Below are positions 39,808-48,615 of a stretch of DNA of 64,000 nucleotides, one piece after another. Numbering within the stretch: the first letter of the stretch is position 1; every line of letters begins with the position of its first letter. The stretch is taken from the sequence record MZ234031.1. The stretch is one strand, 5' to 3'. Below the pieces are notes generated by a model. The model saw only the letters and a list, made by a program, of their open reading frames with translations, was not told the origin of the DNA and did no database searches. A program made the translations under genes and the position numbers. Source of the DNA: Escherichia phage vB_EcoM-CHD94UKE2.

Positions 39808-40260
39808 ATGGCATATTCTGGAAAATGGGTTCCTAAAAATATATCAAAGTATAGAGGTGACCCTAAAAAAATTACGTATAGATCAAATTGGGAAAAATTC
39901 TTTTTTGAATGGTTAGATAAAAATCCAGAAATTATTGCATGGGGTAGTGAAACAGCAGTAATTCCTTATTTTTGTAATGCAGAAGGGAAAAAACGTAGAT
40001 ACTTCATGGATATTTGGATGAAAGATTCTTCTGGACAAGAATTTTTTATTGAAATAAAACCTAAAAAAGAAACACAACCACCAGTTAAACCAGCACATCT
40101 AACAACTGCAGCGAAGAAAAGATTTATGAATGAAATTTATACATATTCCGTTAATACTGACAAATGGAAAGCAGCTCAAGCTTTAGCTGAAAAGCGTGGA
40201 ATAAAATTTAGAATTTTAACAGAAGATGGATTACGAGCTCTTGGCTTTAAGGGGGCATAA
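39808..40260 (+). CDS. 4: head completion protein gp4
   Basis: 150 aa; divergent from gene 53. Confidence 0.9.
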
Positions 40261-41084
40261 TGGCTATTTTTCAAATAATTAATGAAAGCACTCCCCAAGT
40301 TCCAAAGGTTAAGCAATCATTAAACGAAAAGAAATGGATTCAGATAGGTCTTGAATATAAAAAGGCCAAAGCAAAAGGAATGACCGGAAAGCAATTTGCT
40401 GAAGAAAGAGGAATCAAATACTCTACGTTTACTTCAGCAATGTCAAAATATGCTTCAGGAATTAAAACGGCTGAAAAGATTCAAAAGCTTGAATCAAAAC
40501 CAATGAATAAACTCAATAAGCAAGAAAGACAACTGCTTATGATAAATTCATTCAGACAAACATTGCGCGATAAAATTCGTAATGAAGGCGCAGCAATTAA
40601 TAATAAAACCAGAAAGTGGTTTGCTGAAACTATTAAGCAAGTAAAAGGACATAAAGTTGTTCGCCCGCAGCCGGGACGAATATATGCTTTTGCTTATGAT
40701 GCTAAACACAAGGAAACTCTTCCTTACTGGGATAAATTTCCTTTGATAATTTACCTTGGTTTAGGTAAGCATAATTTAATGTACGGATTGAACTTGCACT
40801 ATATTCCACCTAAAGCTCGTCAACAGTTTCTAGAAGAGCTTTTAAAGCAATATGCAAATACACCTACTATTACTAATAAAACGAAATTAAAAATTGATTG
40901 GAGTCAAGTGAAAGGATTTAGGGGTGCAGACCAAATGATTAAGGCATATATACCTGGTAATATTATGGGTAGCCTTGTTGAAATCGCCCCGAAAGACTGG
41001 GCGAACGTTGTGTTAATGCCACTTCAGCAGTTCGTTTCAAAAGGAAAACGTTTCTCTGCAAACAAAGTCTGGTCAAATATCTAA
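40260..41084 (+). CDS. 2: DNA end protector protein gp2
   Basis: 274 aa; TAATG overlap with gene 4. Confidence 0.9.
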
Positions 41085-41190
41085 TTCTATTATCTTCCAT
41101 TCTTTTCTGTTGTTTGTTCTAAATGGAATTGAATGGAAGGGACTTAGACCCATTATACCACCAACAGTTATAAAGCATTATGAGGAATAT

Positions 41191-41721
41191 ATGTCGCAAG
41201 CACTGCAACAAATTTTTAACCAAGCAAATACAACTAACTTTGTAGTATCAATACCACATAGTAATACTACATCTGCTTTTACTTTAAATGCTCAGTCAGT
41301 TCCTATTCCAGGAATTAGAATACCTGTTACTGATACCGTGACTGGGCCGTTTGGACTGGGCCGAGCACAACGTCCAGGTGCTACATTTGAGTACGATCCA
41401 CTCATCGTGAGATTTATAGTTGATGAAGAACTTAAGTCATGGATAGGAATGTATGAATGGATGCTAGGAACTAGCAACTATCTTACAGGTGAAAATACTG
41501 CCCAAAAAACAGGTCCTGAATACATTACGCTTTACATTTTAGATAATAGCAAAACTGAAATCGTGATGTCAATAAATTTTTATAAGCCTTGGGTTTCTGA
41601 CCTGTCTGAAGTAGAATTTAGCTACACAGAAGATTCAGACCCGGCTTTAGTATGTACAGCAACGATTCCTTATACGTATTTTCAAGTAGAAAAAGATGGA
41701 AAAATTATAGCGGAAGTTTAA
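41191..41721 (+). CDS. 3: tail completion / sheath terminator protein gp3
   Basis: ORF track begins at TTG (41110); ATG at 41191 preceded by GAGGAA gives 176 aa (MSQALQQIFNQ...), equal to T4 gp3. Confidence 0.85.
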   Translation: MSQALQQIFNQANTTNFVVSIPHSNTTSAFTLNAQSVPIPGIRIPVTDTVTGPFGLGRAQRPGATFEYDPLIVRFIVDEELKSWIGMYEWMLGTSNYLTGENTAQKTGPEYITLYILDNSKTEIVMSINFYKPWVSDLSEVEFSYTEDSDPALVCTATIPYTYFQVEKDGKIIAEV

Positions 41722-41745
41722 TGCTTCAGTTTCATGTGTTATAAT
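41720..41745 (+). promoter_or_regulatory. middle (MotA-dependent) promoter for gene 1
   Basis: MotA box AATGCTTCA (41720-41728), -10 TATAAT 41740-41745. Confidence 0.65.
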
Positions 41746-41770
41746 CTTAACTAAATTTGAGGAGAAACAT

Positions 41771-42498
41771 ATGAAACTAATCTTTTTAAGCGGTGTAAAG
41801 CGTAGTGGAAAAGATACTACTGCTGATTTTATCATGAGCAATTATTCTGCAGTTAAATACCAACTTGCTGGTCCTATTAAGGATGCATTGGCTTATGCAT
41901 GGGGAGTATTTGCAGCAAATACCGACTATCCTTGCTTAACTCGTAAAGAGTTTGAAGGAATTGACTATGATCGTGAGACTAATTTAAATCTAACTAAATT
42001 AGAAGTAATCACGATTATGGAACAAGCATTTTGCTATCTTAATGGTAAAAGCCCAATTAAAGGTGTGTTTGTTTTTGATGACGAAGGGCAAGAATCAGTT
42101 AATTCCGTAGCATTTAACAAGATTATTGACGTTATAAATAATATTGAAGATCAATGGTCAGTCCGTCGTCTGATGCAAGCCCTAGGTACGGATTTGATTG
42201 TTAATAACTTCGACCGCATGTACTGGGTAAAATTATTTGCTTTAGATTATCTTGATAAATTTAACTCAGGTTATGATTATTATTATATCGTTCCTGATAC
42301 CCGTCAAGATCATGAAATGGATGCGGCTAGGGCGATGGGTGCTACAGTAATTCATGTAGTTCGTCCTGGTCAAAAATCCAATGATACACATATTACAGAA
42401 GCTGGATTGCCAATTCGTGATGGCGATTTAGTAATTACAAACGATGGTTCTCTTGAAGAACTTTTTTCTAAAATTAAAAATACACTAAAGGTACTATA

Positions 42499-42499
<1 letters not shown>
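41771..42499 (+). CDS. 1: deoxynucleoside monophosphate kinase gp1
   Basis: 242 aa; P-loop LSGVKRSGKDT; middle promoter upstream. Confidence 0.95.
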
Positions 42500-43184
<685 letters not shown>

Positions 43185-43196
43185 TTTCACAAAGTT

Positions 43197-43236
43197 GTTT
43201 ACATACTGATGAGGTAGTGATACTATTACCTCATCA
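43197..43236 (+). promoter_or_regulatory. early promoter (GTTTAC, 17 nt, TACTAT) embedded in 10-bp-stem hairpin TGATGAGGTA/TACCTCATCA (PeSL-type)
   Basis: -35-like TTTACA 43198-43203, -10 TACTAT 43221-43226 lying in hairpin loop; upstream A/T-rich tract. Confidence 0.75.
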
Positions 43237-43257
43237 AAATTAATTAGGAAAATAAAA

Positions 43258-43515
43258 ATGAAAACTTTCAAAGAGTTTGCTACAAAAACTACTATCACTG
43301 AATCTTCCCACGGTATGGAAGTAAAGCTTGGAATGGCTTTAGCTGAAGCTGAGCGTCTTTTCTCTCGTATTAAAGAACTTGCTGCTGCGGTCGATCCTTC
43401 ATCTTTTAAAGGAGACCAAACTAAAGTTAAAGCACTTTTAGCATTATGCTCCGATGCAGGAGAAATTGCTAAAAATGGTTCTAAGATGAAGAAACGATTA
43501 GAAGATTTAAAATAA
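43258..43515 (+). CDS. internal-protein-like small protein with degenerate capsid-targeting leader
   Basis: 85 aa, MKTFKEFATKTTITE|SSH (ITE fits gp21 (I/L)xE cleavage motif); paralog of ORF 51409; preceded by early promoter stem-loop. Confidence 0.6.
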   Translation: MKTFKEFATKTTITESSHGMEVKLGMALAEAERLFSRIKELAAAVDPSSFKGDQTKVKALLALCSDAGEIAKNGSKMKKRLEDLK

Positions 43516-43527
43516 TTTCACAAAGTT

Positions 43528-43564
43528 GTTTACATAGGGTTTTAGTTGTGATACTATTACCCTA
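43528..43564 (+). promoter_or_regulatory. early promoter, PeSL-type (repeat of 43197 element including upstream AATAATTTCACAAAGTTGTTTACA)
   Basis: TTTACA 43529-43534, TACTAT 43552-43557, flanking inverted repeat ATAGGGT/ACCCTAT. Confidence 0.75.
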
Positions 43565-43586
43565 TCAAAACCAAATGGAAATCAAA

Positions 43587-43820
43587 ATGAAAACTTACCA
43601 AGAATTTATTGCTGAAACTGCTGATGTAAAAGTTGAGTTTATTTACACTGGCAAGAAAGATAAAATGGGTGAAATGCCTCATGGAGTTCTTCGTGATGCA
43701 TTAGATAATTTCGGTCAACTCGCCGCAGAAGATTACGGTGATAAAATTGTTGTTACTGGTCCTGCTGCAGTTATTGAAAAATGGGCAGCAGAAAATAAAT
43801 CAATTTTTCGTAAAAAATAA
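43587..43820 (+). CDS. internal protein with canonical capsid-targeting sequence (IP)
   Basis: ATG 43587 (track ORF starts at upstream GTG); MKTYQEFIAE|TADVK..., 77 aa; preceded by early promoter. Confidence 0.7.
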   Translation: MKTYQEFIAETADVKVEFIYTGKKDKMGEMPHGVLRDALDNFGQLAAEDYGDKIVVTGPAAVIEKWAAENKSIFRKK

Positions 43821-43860
43821 GTTTACTTTTAGATAGGGTAGTGATACTATTACCCTATCT
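43821..43860 (+). promoter_or_regulatory. early promoter, PeSL-type with perfect 10-bp inverted repeat AGATAGGGTA/TACCCTATCT around -10
   Basis: GTTTAC 43821-43826, TACTAT 43845-43850. Confidence 0.75.
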
Positions 43861-43878
43861 ACTACTGAGGAGAATAAA

Positions 43879-44064
43879 ATGAAACGTTGTGAATTAATTC
43901 GAAATGTTGCTATTGCAATTTCTGCTTCCGCTTTCAGTTTTTCAATGTTTGTTGGATTTATATGCGGATTATTGACTACGGCAGAAAATGTTTTTTCACT
44001 TGTAGTAGCATTTTTAATTGGTTTAATTGCTATTGTTATGGATAAAATTTCTAAAGGTGAATAA
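43879..44064 (+). CDS. small hydrophobic membrane protein
   Basis: 61 aa, two hydrophobic helices; GAGGAG RBS; own early promoter. Confidence 0.55.
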   Translation: MKRCELIRNVAIAISASAFSFSMFVGFICGLLTTAENVFSLVVAFLIGLIAIVMDKISKGE

Positions 44065-44462
44065 TGAACGTTGAATATTATGTATATGCGGATTACGAAA
44101 ATAATCCGTCTAAAGATGAAGATAATCGTTTAGGTGTAGATGCTTTCGATTCCCCTGCGGCGGCATGGCAATGGGTTGAAAGAACCGATATTCCTTACCG
44201 TTATATTGAAGTGGTTGACCACGCAGGAAACAAGTATCCTAAGGAAGCATATGTTGCTTCCGGGAAGGTAAATTTCCTTTTGTTTGCAGGTGATAATTAT
44301 TATCCCCGTGGTGGGTATACCGATTTAATTGCTAAAGCATTCTCTGAAGATGAACTCCGTGACATTATCAAAGAAAATGAAAACAAACCGATGGATTCTA
44401 ATCGCTTTGATTGGTGGCAAATCGTAAATGCTAATACTCACACTATTGTTGATGAAGGCTGA
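44064..44462 (+). CDS. hypothetical protein
   Basis: 132 aa; TAATG coupling with previous ORF. Confidence 0.6.
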   Translation: MNVEYYVYADYENNPSKDEDNRLGVDAFDSPAAAWQWVERTDIPYRYIEVVDHAGNKYPKEAYVASGKVNFLLFAGDNYYPRGGYTDLIAKAFSEDELRDIIKENENKPMDSNRFDWWQIVNANTHTIVDEG

Positions 44463-44464
44463 TA

Positions 44465-44752
44465 ATGATTCTTTATGCGAAAGTATCATCCATTGAAAAT
44501 GGATATAAATATGATCAAGACGCGGCTAAAGCTTTGATTGATGATTATGGCATTTTAACATGTTTTGAAGTTGAAAAGGTTTACATTGACCGTTCATCTT
44601 CTCAAGTTAAATTAGTGAAGGAAGAACGTAAATTTAATACAGTAAATTTTGATTTCTTTATTGAAACAGAAAAAGGTCCTCTTGAATATGATATTTTCAA
44701 GAATCCTTTGGGTCTTGAATGCATCGTAAATATGTATTATTATAAATGGTAA
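44465..44752 (+). CDS. hypothetical protein
   Basis: 95 aa ORF immediately upstream of tRNA cluster. Confidence 0.6.
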   Translation: MILYAKVSSIENGYKYDQDAAKALIDDYGILTCFEVEKVYIDRSSSQVKLVKEERKFNTVNFDFFIETEKGPLEYDIFKNPLGLECIVNMYYYKW

Positions 44753-44849
44753 ATATGCTTTAAGAATTATTTGTTATTATTAACTCATATCGCACTGATT
44801 AATACCCTCTATCATCAAGGGTTCTTGCTTAAGAGCCTTTGTTAATAAT

Positions 44850-44922
44850 TGGGAATTAGCCAAGTTGGTAAGGCACTGGATTTTGATTCCAGGATGCAAA
44901 GGTTCGAGTCCTTTATTCCCAG
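44850..44922 (+). tRNA. tRNA-Gln (anticodon UUG)
   Basis: cloverleaf read by hand: acceptor TGGGAAT/ATTCCCA, anticodon loop TTTTGAT, T-loop GGTTCGAGTCC. Confidence 0.85.
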
Positions 44923-44923
44923 C

Positions 44924-45010
44924 GCGAGAATGGCCAAATTGGTAAAGGCACAGCACTTAAAATGCTGCGGAATGATTTCCTTGTGGGTTCGAGTCCCACT
45001 TCTCGCACCA
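44924..45010 (+). tRNA. tRNA-Leu (anticodon UAA), type II with long variable arm, CCA encoded
   Basis: acceptor GCGAGAA/TTCTCGC, anticodon stem CAGCA/TGCTG loop CTTAAAA. Confidence 0.85.
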
Positions 45011-45015
45011 AATTT

Positions 45016-45089
<74 letters not shown>

Positions 45090-45099
45090 ATTTAATTTA

Positions 45100-45173
45100 C
45101 TCCGTGTAGCTCAGTTTGGTAGAGCGTCTGCTTTGGGAGCAGAATGTCGTAGGTTCAAATCCTGCCACGGAGA
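45100..45173 (+). tRNA. tRNA-Pro (anticodon UGG)
   Basis: acceptor CTCCGTG/CACGGAG, anticodon stem TCTGC/GCAGA loop TTTGGGA. Confidence 0.8.
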
Positions 45174-45175
45174 CT

Positions 45176-45265
45176 GGAGGCGTGGCAGAGTGGTTTAATG
45201 CACCGGTCTTGAAAACCGGCAGTCGCTCCGGCGACTCATAGGTTCAAATCCTATCGCCGCCGCCA
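45176..45265 (+). tRNA. tRNA-Ser (anticodon UGA), type II
   Basis: anticodon stem CCGGT... loop CTTGAAA, variable-arm hairpin GTCGC/GCGAC, T-loop GGTTCAAATCC, CCA encoded; acceptor position 3:70 reads A:G. Confidence 0.8.
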
Positions 45266-45270
45266 GTTTT

Positions 45271-45346
45271 GCTGATTTAGCTCAGTAGGTAGAGCAACTC
45301 ACTTGTAATGAGAAGGTCGGCGGTTCGATTCCGTCAATCAGCACCA
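45271..45346 (+). tRNA. tRNA-Thr (anticodon UGU)
   Basis: acceptor GCTGATT/AATCAGC, anticodon loop CTTGTAA, CCA encoded. Confidence 0.8.
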
Positions 45347-45347
45347 A

Positions 45348-45422
45348 GGCCCTGTAGCTGGAAGGTTCAAGCAAGCGACTCATAATCGCCAGATGGTGGT
45401 TCAATTCCACCCAGGGCCACCA
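45348..45422 (+). tRNA. tRNA-Ile (anticodon CAU, presumably lysidine-modified to read AUA as in T4)
   Basis: acceptor GGCCCTG/CAGGGCC, anticodon loop CTCATAA, CCA encoded. Confidence 0.75.
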
Positions 45423-45431
45423 AATTAATTT

Positions 45432-45518
45432 GGGGAGTTATCCCGTAGAGGTAGCGGTGTGGACTGTAAATCCATTGTCATTGCGACTCGGGTGGTTCGA
45501 CTCCACCATTCCCCACCA
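45432..45518 (+). tRNA. tRNA-Tyr-like (anticodon GUA), type II; D-arm atypical
   Basis: acceptor GGGGAGT/ATTCCCC (one G-U), anticodon stem GTGGA/TCCAT loop CTGTAAA, long variable arm, T-arm GGTGG-TTCGACT-CCACC, CCA encoded. Confidence 0.6.
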
Positions 45519-45522
45519 ATTT

Positions 45523-45597
45523 GGATGTGTAGCTCAATGGCAGAGCGATCGCCTGTTAAGCGATTGGTTATAGGTTCGAATCCTATCACGTCCGCCA
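45523..45597 (+). tRNA. tRNA-Asn (anticodon GUU)
   Basis: acceptor GGATGTG/CACGTCC, D-stem GCTC/GAGC, anticodon stem ATCGC/GCGAT loop CTGTTAA, CCA encoded. Confidence 0.8.
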
Positions 45598-45601
45598 AAT
45601 T

Positions 45602-45617
45602 TGTGACAACTGTCACA
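45602..45617. repeat. perfect palindrome TGTGACA-AC-TGTCACA in spacer between tRNA-Asn and tRNA-His
   Basis: read directly; 7-bp inverted repeat with 2-nt spacer. Confidence 0.7.
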
Positions 45618-45711
45618 TTAATATCTACTTGACGCGATTATAGGGGTTGAACTGATCACTCTTCTCTTAATTTCGTGTGAAGACATCTTGATTGTTGGAG
45701 TAGGTATTAAT

Positions 45712-45787
45712 GTGGCCGTAGTTCAGTTGGTAGAACTCGAGATTGTGATTCTCGTAGTCATGGGTTCGACTCCCATCGGTCACCCCA
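45712..45787 (+). tRNA. tRNA-His (anticodon GUG)
   Basis: acceptor GTGGCCG/CGGTCAC, D-stem GTTC/GAAC, anticodon stem CGAGA/TCTCG loop TTGTGAT, discriminator C, CCA encoded. Confidence 0.8.
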
Positions 45788-45791
45788 ATTA

Positions 45792-45867
45792 CGGGGCATA
45801 GCTCAGAAGGAAGAGCAAGGACCTTCTAAGTCCTAGGTCGTAGGTTCGATCCCTACTGCCTCGACCA
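45792..45867 (+). tRNA. tRNA-Arg (anticodon UCU)
   Basis: acceptor CGGGGCA/TGCCTCG, anticodon stem AGGAC/GTCCT loop CTTCTAA, CCA encoded. Confidence 0.85.
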
Positions 45868-45885
45868 ATTATAAGTGAGGAAAAT

Positions 45886-46236
45886 ATGAAAGGTAATGTT
45901 TATTTAGTAGTTCATGATTTAACATTCTATTTTAATCATAATGATACTGTTATTTCTGAACGTGTAATTAATTTGCTTTATCAGCATGCAGATTATGTTT
46001 ATGTCGAAAACGAATATGGTCATTGGCAATTTCTCAAAAATCGTTCATTTGGTTTAGATGGTTACGAATATTTTGATCGTAAAGACCTTTTAGATACAAT
46101 TCCGTTATCTACACAATATCAAAATCATAAGTCTTTACATAAATGCCGGCTAATTCGAAATGCTGAATCCGCGTATGAAGCAATTGATTTGTGGCGTAAA
46201 CGCCGTGAACAGGTTGATGCTTTAAAAGAATACTAA
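45886..46236 (+). CDS. hypothetical protein
   Basis: 116 aa; ATG 45886 with GTGAGGAAAA RBS directly after tRNA-Arg. Confidence 0.65.
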   Translation: MKGNVYLVVHDLTFYFNHNDTVISERVINLLYQHADYVYVENEYGHWQFLKNRSFGLDGYEYFDRKDLLDTIPLSTQYQNHKSLHKCRLIRNAESAYEAIDLWRKRREQVDALKEY

Positions 46237-46571
46237 GAAACCGGGTCGCTACCGGTAAGTCGTCGGACTGATGTTCCCTGGAGTATAGTTTCTCCCACAG
46301 TTTTACTGTGTTCTGATTCTTTACTATCACAGCAGAAACGGCGCACAGAATTATCGATTCGAGGAAATATCTTTGCCGTAAGCCGAGTAGCGTTTTTGAC
46401 GGAACGTTCGGATATGGTCGAGATATGGCCTTTTAAAAATATTAAGTAGCGTCAACTGCTTAATAACCGGGTTCGAATCCCGGCGTTTCGTACAAACACT
46501 TGCCTTAGCAGGTGGAACCCCGACAAGGTTGCCGCAAGGCTTAGCCCCGACCGAAAGGTTGGGGCTTTTTA
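46237..46571 (+). ncRNA. candidate structured non-coding RNA region with tRNA-like T-arm motif, ending in strong intrinsic terminator
   Basis: about 330 nt without plausible ORF; GC-richer than surroundings; CCGGGTTCGAATCCCGG T-arm-like element; terminator hairpin 46543-46566 plus T5. Confidence 0.3.
46543..46571 (+). terminator. strong intrinsic terminator ending the non-coding region
   Basis: AGCCCCGACC-GAAA-GGTTGGGGCT (10-bp stem, GNRA loop) plus TTTTT. Confidence 0.75.
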
Positions 46572-46660
46572 GTTTGAATCACATAGAGAATGCTGTTACG
46601 GATAATAACAAAGTAATAAATAATTAATAACCAACCGATAAATTATTTCAAGGATTTTAA

Positions 46661-47224
46661 ATGAAAACCTATGCCGAGTTTTTAACCGAAGCAGCAAAAT
46701 TACCATCTGAAGCAGATCTTACTAAAGTATTCTTCCACTTGGACCCAAAAGACCGCGGCGATTTTCTTAAGTGGAAAGCTAAAGCTATTGAAATGTATAA
46801 CATTGATAATAGTTCTTTTACGATGAGTCAAGAAAATAAATTCAATAAAGCATTTTTCAAAATTTCTAAGAAACTGGCATCTGGCGCTCAGGTTCCTAAA
46901 TCTGCCTTAGCTACTCCTGAACGTGCACCTGTCAAAATTTCTAAGAATATGTTCGACACTAAAAAATACGTTAATGCTTTGAATAAAGCTCTTGATGCAT
47001 TGGATGATGCAAAGAAGGCAGCCCGTGATCTTCAAGATGTGTACACCGATTTTGATCGTAAAACTAAAGGTTCTATTTCAAATAGCGAACGCAATAGTGT
47101 AAGTGTTTATTCTGATAGTCTTGATGTTCTTGGCGATGCGTATACTGAAATTAAAAATCGTATTAACACCGCATCTAAGCTAAAAGCTGCCGCAGAAGCT
47201 ATAATAACTAAACTAGATAAATAA
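46661..47224 (+). CDS. internal-protein-like protein with capsid-targeting leader (187 aa)
   Basis: MKTYAEFLTE|AAKLPSEADL...; LTE fits gp21 cleavage motif; terminator follows. Confidence 0.7.
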   Translation: MKTYAEFLTEAAKLPSEADLTKVFFHLDPKDRGDFLKWKAKAIEMYNIDNSSFTMSQENKFNKAFFKISKKLASGAQVPKSALATPERAPVKISKNMFDTKKYVNALNKALDALDDAKKAARDLQDVYTDFDRKTKGSISNSERNSVSVYSDSLDVLGDAYTEIKNRINTASKLKAAAEAIITKLDK

Positions 47225-47232
47225 TTTTAAAT

Positions 47233-47256
47233 CCCTATCTAAATGATAGGGTTTTT
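47233..47256 (+). terminator. intrinsic terminator after ORF 46661
   Basis: CCCTATC-TAAAT-GATAGGG plus TTTTT. Confidence 0.7.
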
Positions 47257-47391
47257 AGTATCTAGGCCTTTCTGGACCTCTCTAGGCATCATTTAGTTTC
47301 TACCCTTTATAATATATATTATCCTATCCTTTAATTGCCCCTCCCTGCCCTAGAATTCCCTAAAACTTTTCAAAAATTTTTTCACAAAACT

Positions 47392-47421
47392 GTTTACATC
47401 CCTGTTCTTCCATGGTACTAT
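47392..47421 (+). promoter_or_regulatory. early promoter
   Basis: A/T UP-like tract CAAAAATTTTTTCACAAAAC, GTTTAC, 17-nt spacer, TACTAT. Confidence 0.7.
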
Positions 47422-47464
47422 ATCAATATCAACTACTGATACAGAAAACAACTTGGAGAATAAA

Positions 47465-47728
47465 ATGGATAATTACGGCGAACTGTTTAACTTCTTTATG
47501 AAATGCGTTTCAGAAGATTTCGGTCGTACAGTGAATGATATTAAAGTTATCGGTCCTGACCATCCGATGTTTGAAACTTACGCAGTAATGGGTAATGAAG
47601 ACGGTCAGTGGTATACTGTAAAGGTTGTGATTAACATGTTCACTGCTGAAGGTTATGTTAAACTGTCTTCTAAAGTTTACCATGATAACGACGAAATCGC
47701 AGAAGAATATTTCAATAATATGAAATAA
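47465..47728 (+). CDS. hypothetical protein
   Basis: track ORF starts at TTG 47453; ATG 47465 preceded by GGAGAATAAA; 87 aa; early promoter upstream. Confidence 0.6.
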   Translation: MDNYGELFNFFMKCVSEDFGRTVNDIKVIGPDHPMFETYAVMGNEDGQWYTVKVVINMFTAEGYVKLSSKVYHDNDEIAEEYFNNMK

Positions 47729-47796
47729 GTGTGTACAAACACCAAGGACGGTGTTATTATAGATTTATCAAAACAAATACAGAAACGGAGAAATAA

Positions 47797-47973
47797 ATGA
47801 CTACTTTAACTATTTGGTTTGACGAAAATGAAGAAACATACTGTGTGAACATTGATGAAAGTCCAATGCCTGACTTTGAATCTTCAGATAAGAAGTCGGT
47901 TATATCTTGGGCTGAAGGTTATAAAGCAGCAAAAGGCGATGTTAAAATAGTTTATAAACTCTTTGAAATATAA
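47797..47973 (+). CDS. small hypothetical protein (58 aa)
   Basis: ATG preceded by ACGGAGAAATAA RBS; MTTLTIWFDENEETYCVNIDE... Confidence 0.4.
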   Translation: MTTLTIWFDENEETYCVNIDESPMPDFESSDKKSVISWAEGYKAAKGDVKIVYKLFEI

Positions 47974-48016
47974 TATTCTCACGGATTTTAAATCTTAATC
48001 AACCTAAGGAAATACT

Positions 48017-48610
48017 ATGAACACACTGAAGAAAATTGTTGAGTTTATTCGCACTAAACTTGGTTCTGCTATGGCTAAGAATCTATCTGTTGAAGAACAG
48101 TATACTGCTGCAGCAGCAAAACTGCTTGATAAAATTAAAGACCTAAAAACTGCTTCTGTTAAATCTATTAATGAAGAAAAACGTATTCGTGAACTTGTTA
48201 TCGAAAAGAATCGACAAGCCGAATCAAAAGAGCGTGAAATTCGTAAACTTCTTTCCGAAGGTCAAGATGTAACAATGCATGCTAAACTCGGTTTACTATA
48301 TCGTCGAACAGCTGAGCAGTTGACTACTAAAGCTGATGGTTATGCTGAAATGCGAATTGAAATCGCCAAGAAAGTAGTTGAGTTAGATGATGCTCGCCAA
48401 GAACTTGCAGTTAAATTGGAATATATCCGTGAAACTCGTGCAGCAAATGCCCTTGGAATTAGTACTGCCGATGATGTAGTTGAAATTGCAGCACTGACTA
48501 AGGTTGATATTGAAGATACTCTTGCTCGAGTTGAAACCTTTAATGGCAATATTTCTGGGGTTGAAACCACCTCTGCTGATGTTCAGGAATACATTAATTC
48601 TCTGAAATAA
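48017..48610 (+). CDS. coiled-coil protein, possibly PspA/IM30-like (speculative)
   Basis: 197 aa, heptad-rich, Ala/Glu/Lys/Arg-rich helices; hairpin terminator-like element downstream. Confidence 0.6.
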   Translation: MNTLKKIVEFIRTKLGSAMAKNLSVEEQYTAAAAKLLDKIKDLKTASVKSINEEKRIRELVIEKNRQAESKEREIRKLLSEGQDVTMHAKLGLLYRRTAEQLTTKADGYAEMRIEIAKKVVELDDARQELAVKLEYIRETRAANALGISTADDVVEIAALTKVDIEDTLARVETFNGNISGVETTSADVQEYINSLK

Positions 48611-48615
48611 TGATA

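Noticed and set aside
44753-44849. Possible MotA-type middle promoter upstream of the tRNA cluster (TTGCTTAAG ... TAATAAT)
   Set aside because: Box sequence deviates from the TGCTT(T/C)A core and the spacing to a -10 is ambiguous; left unannotated
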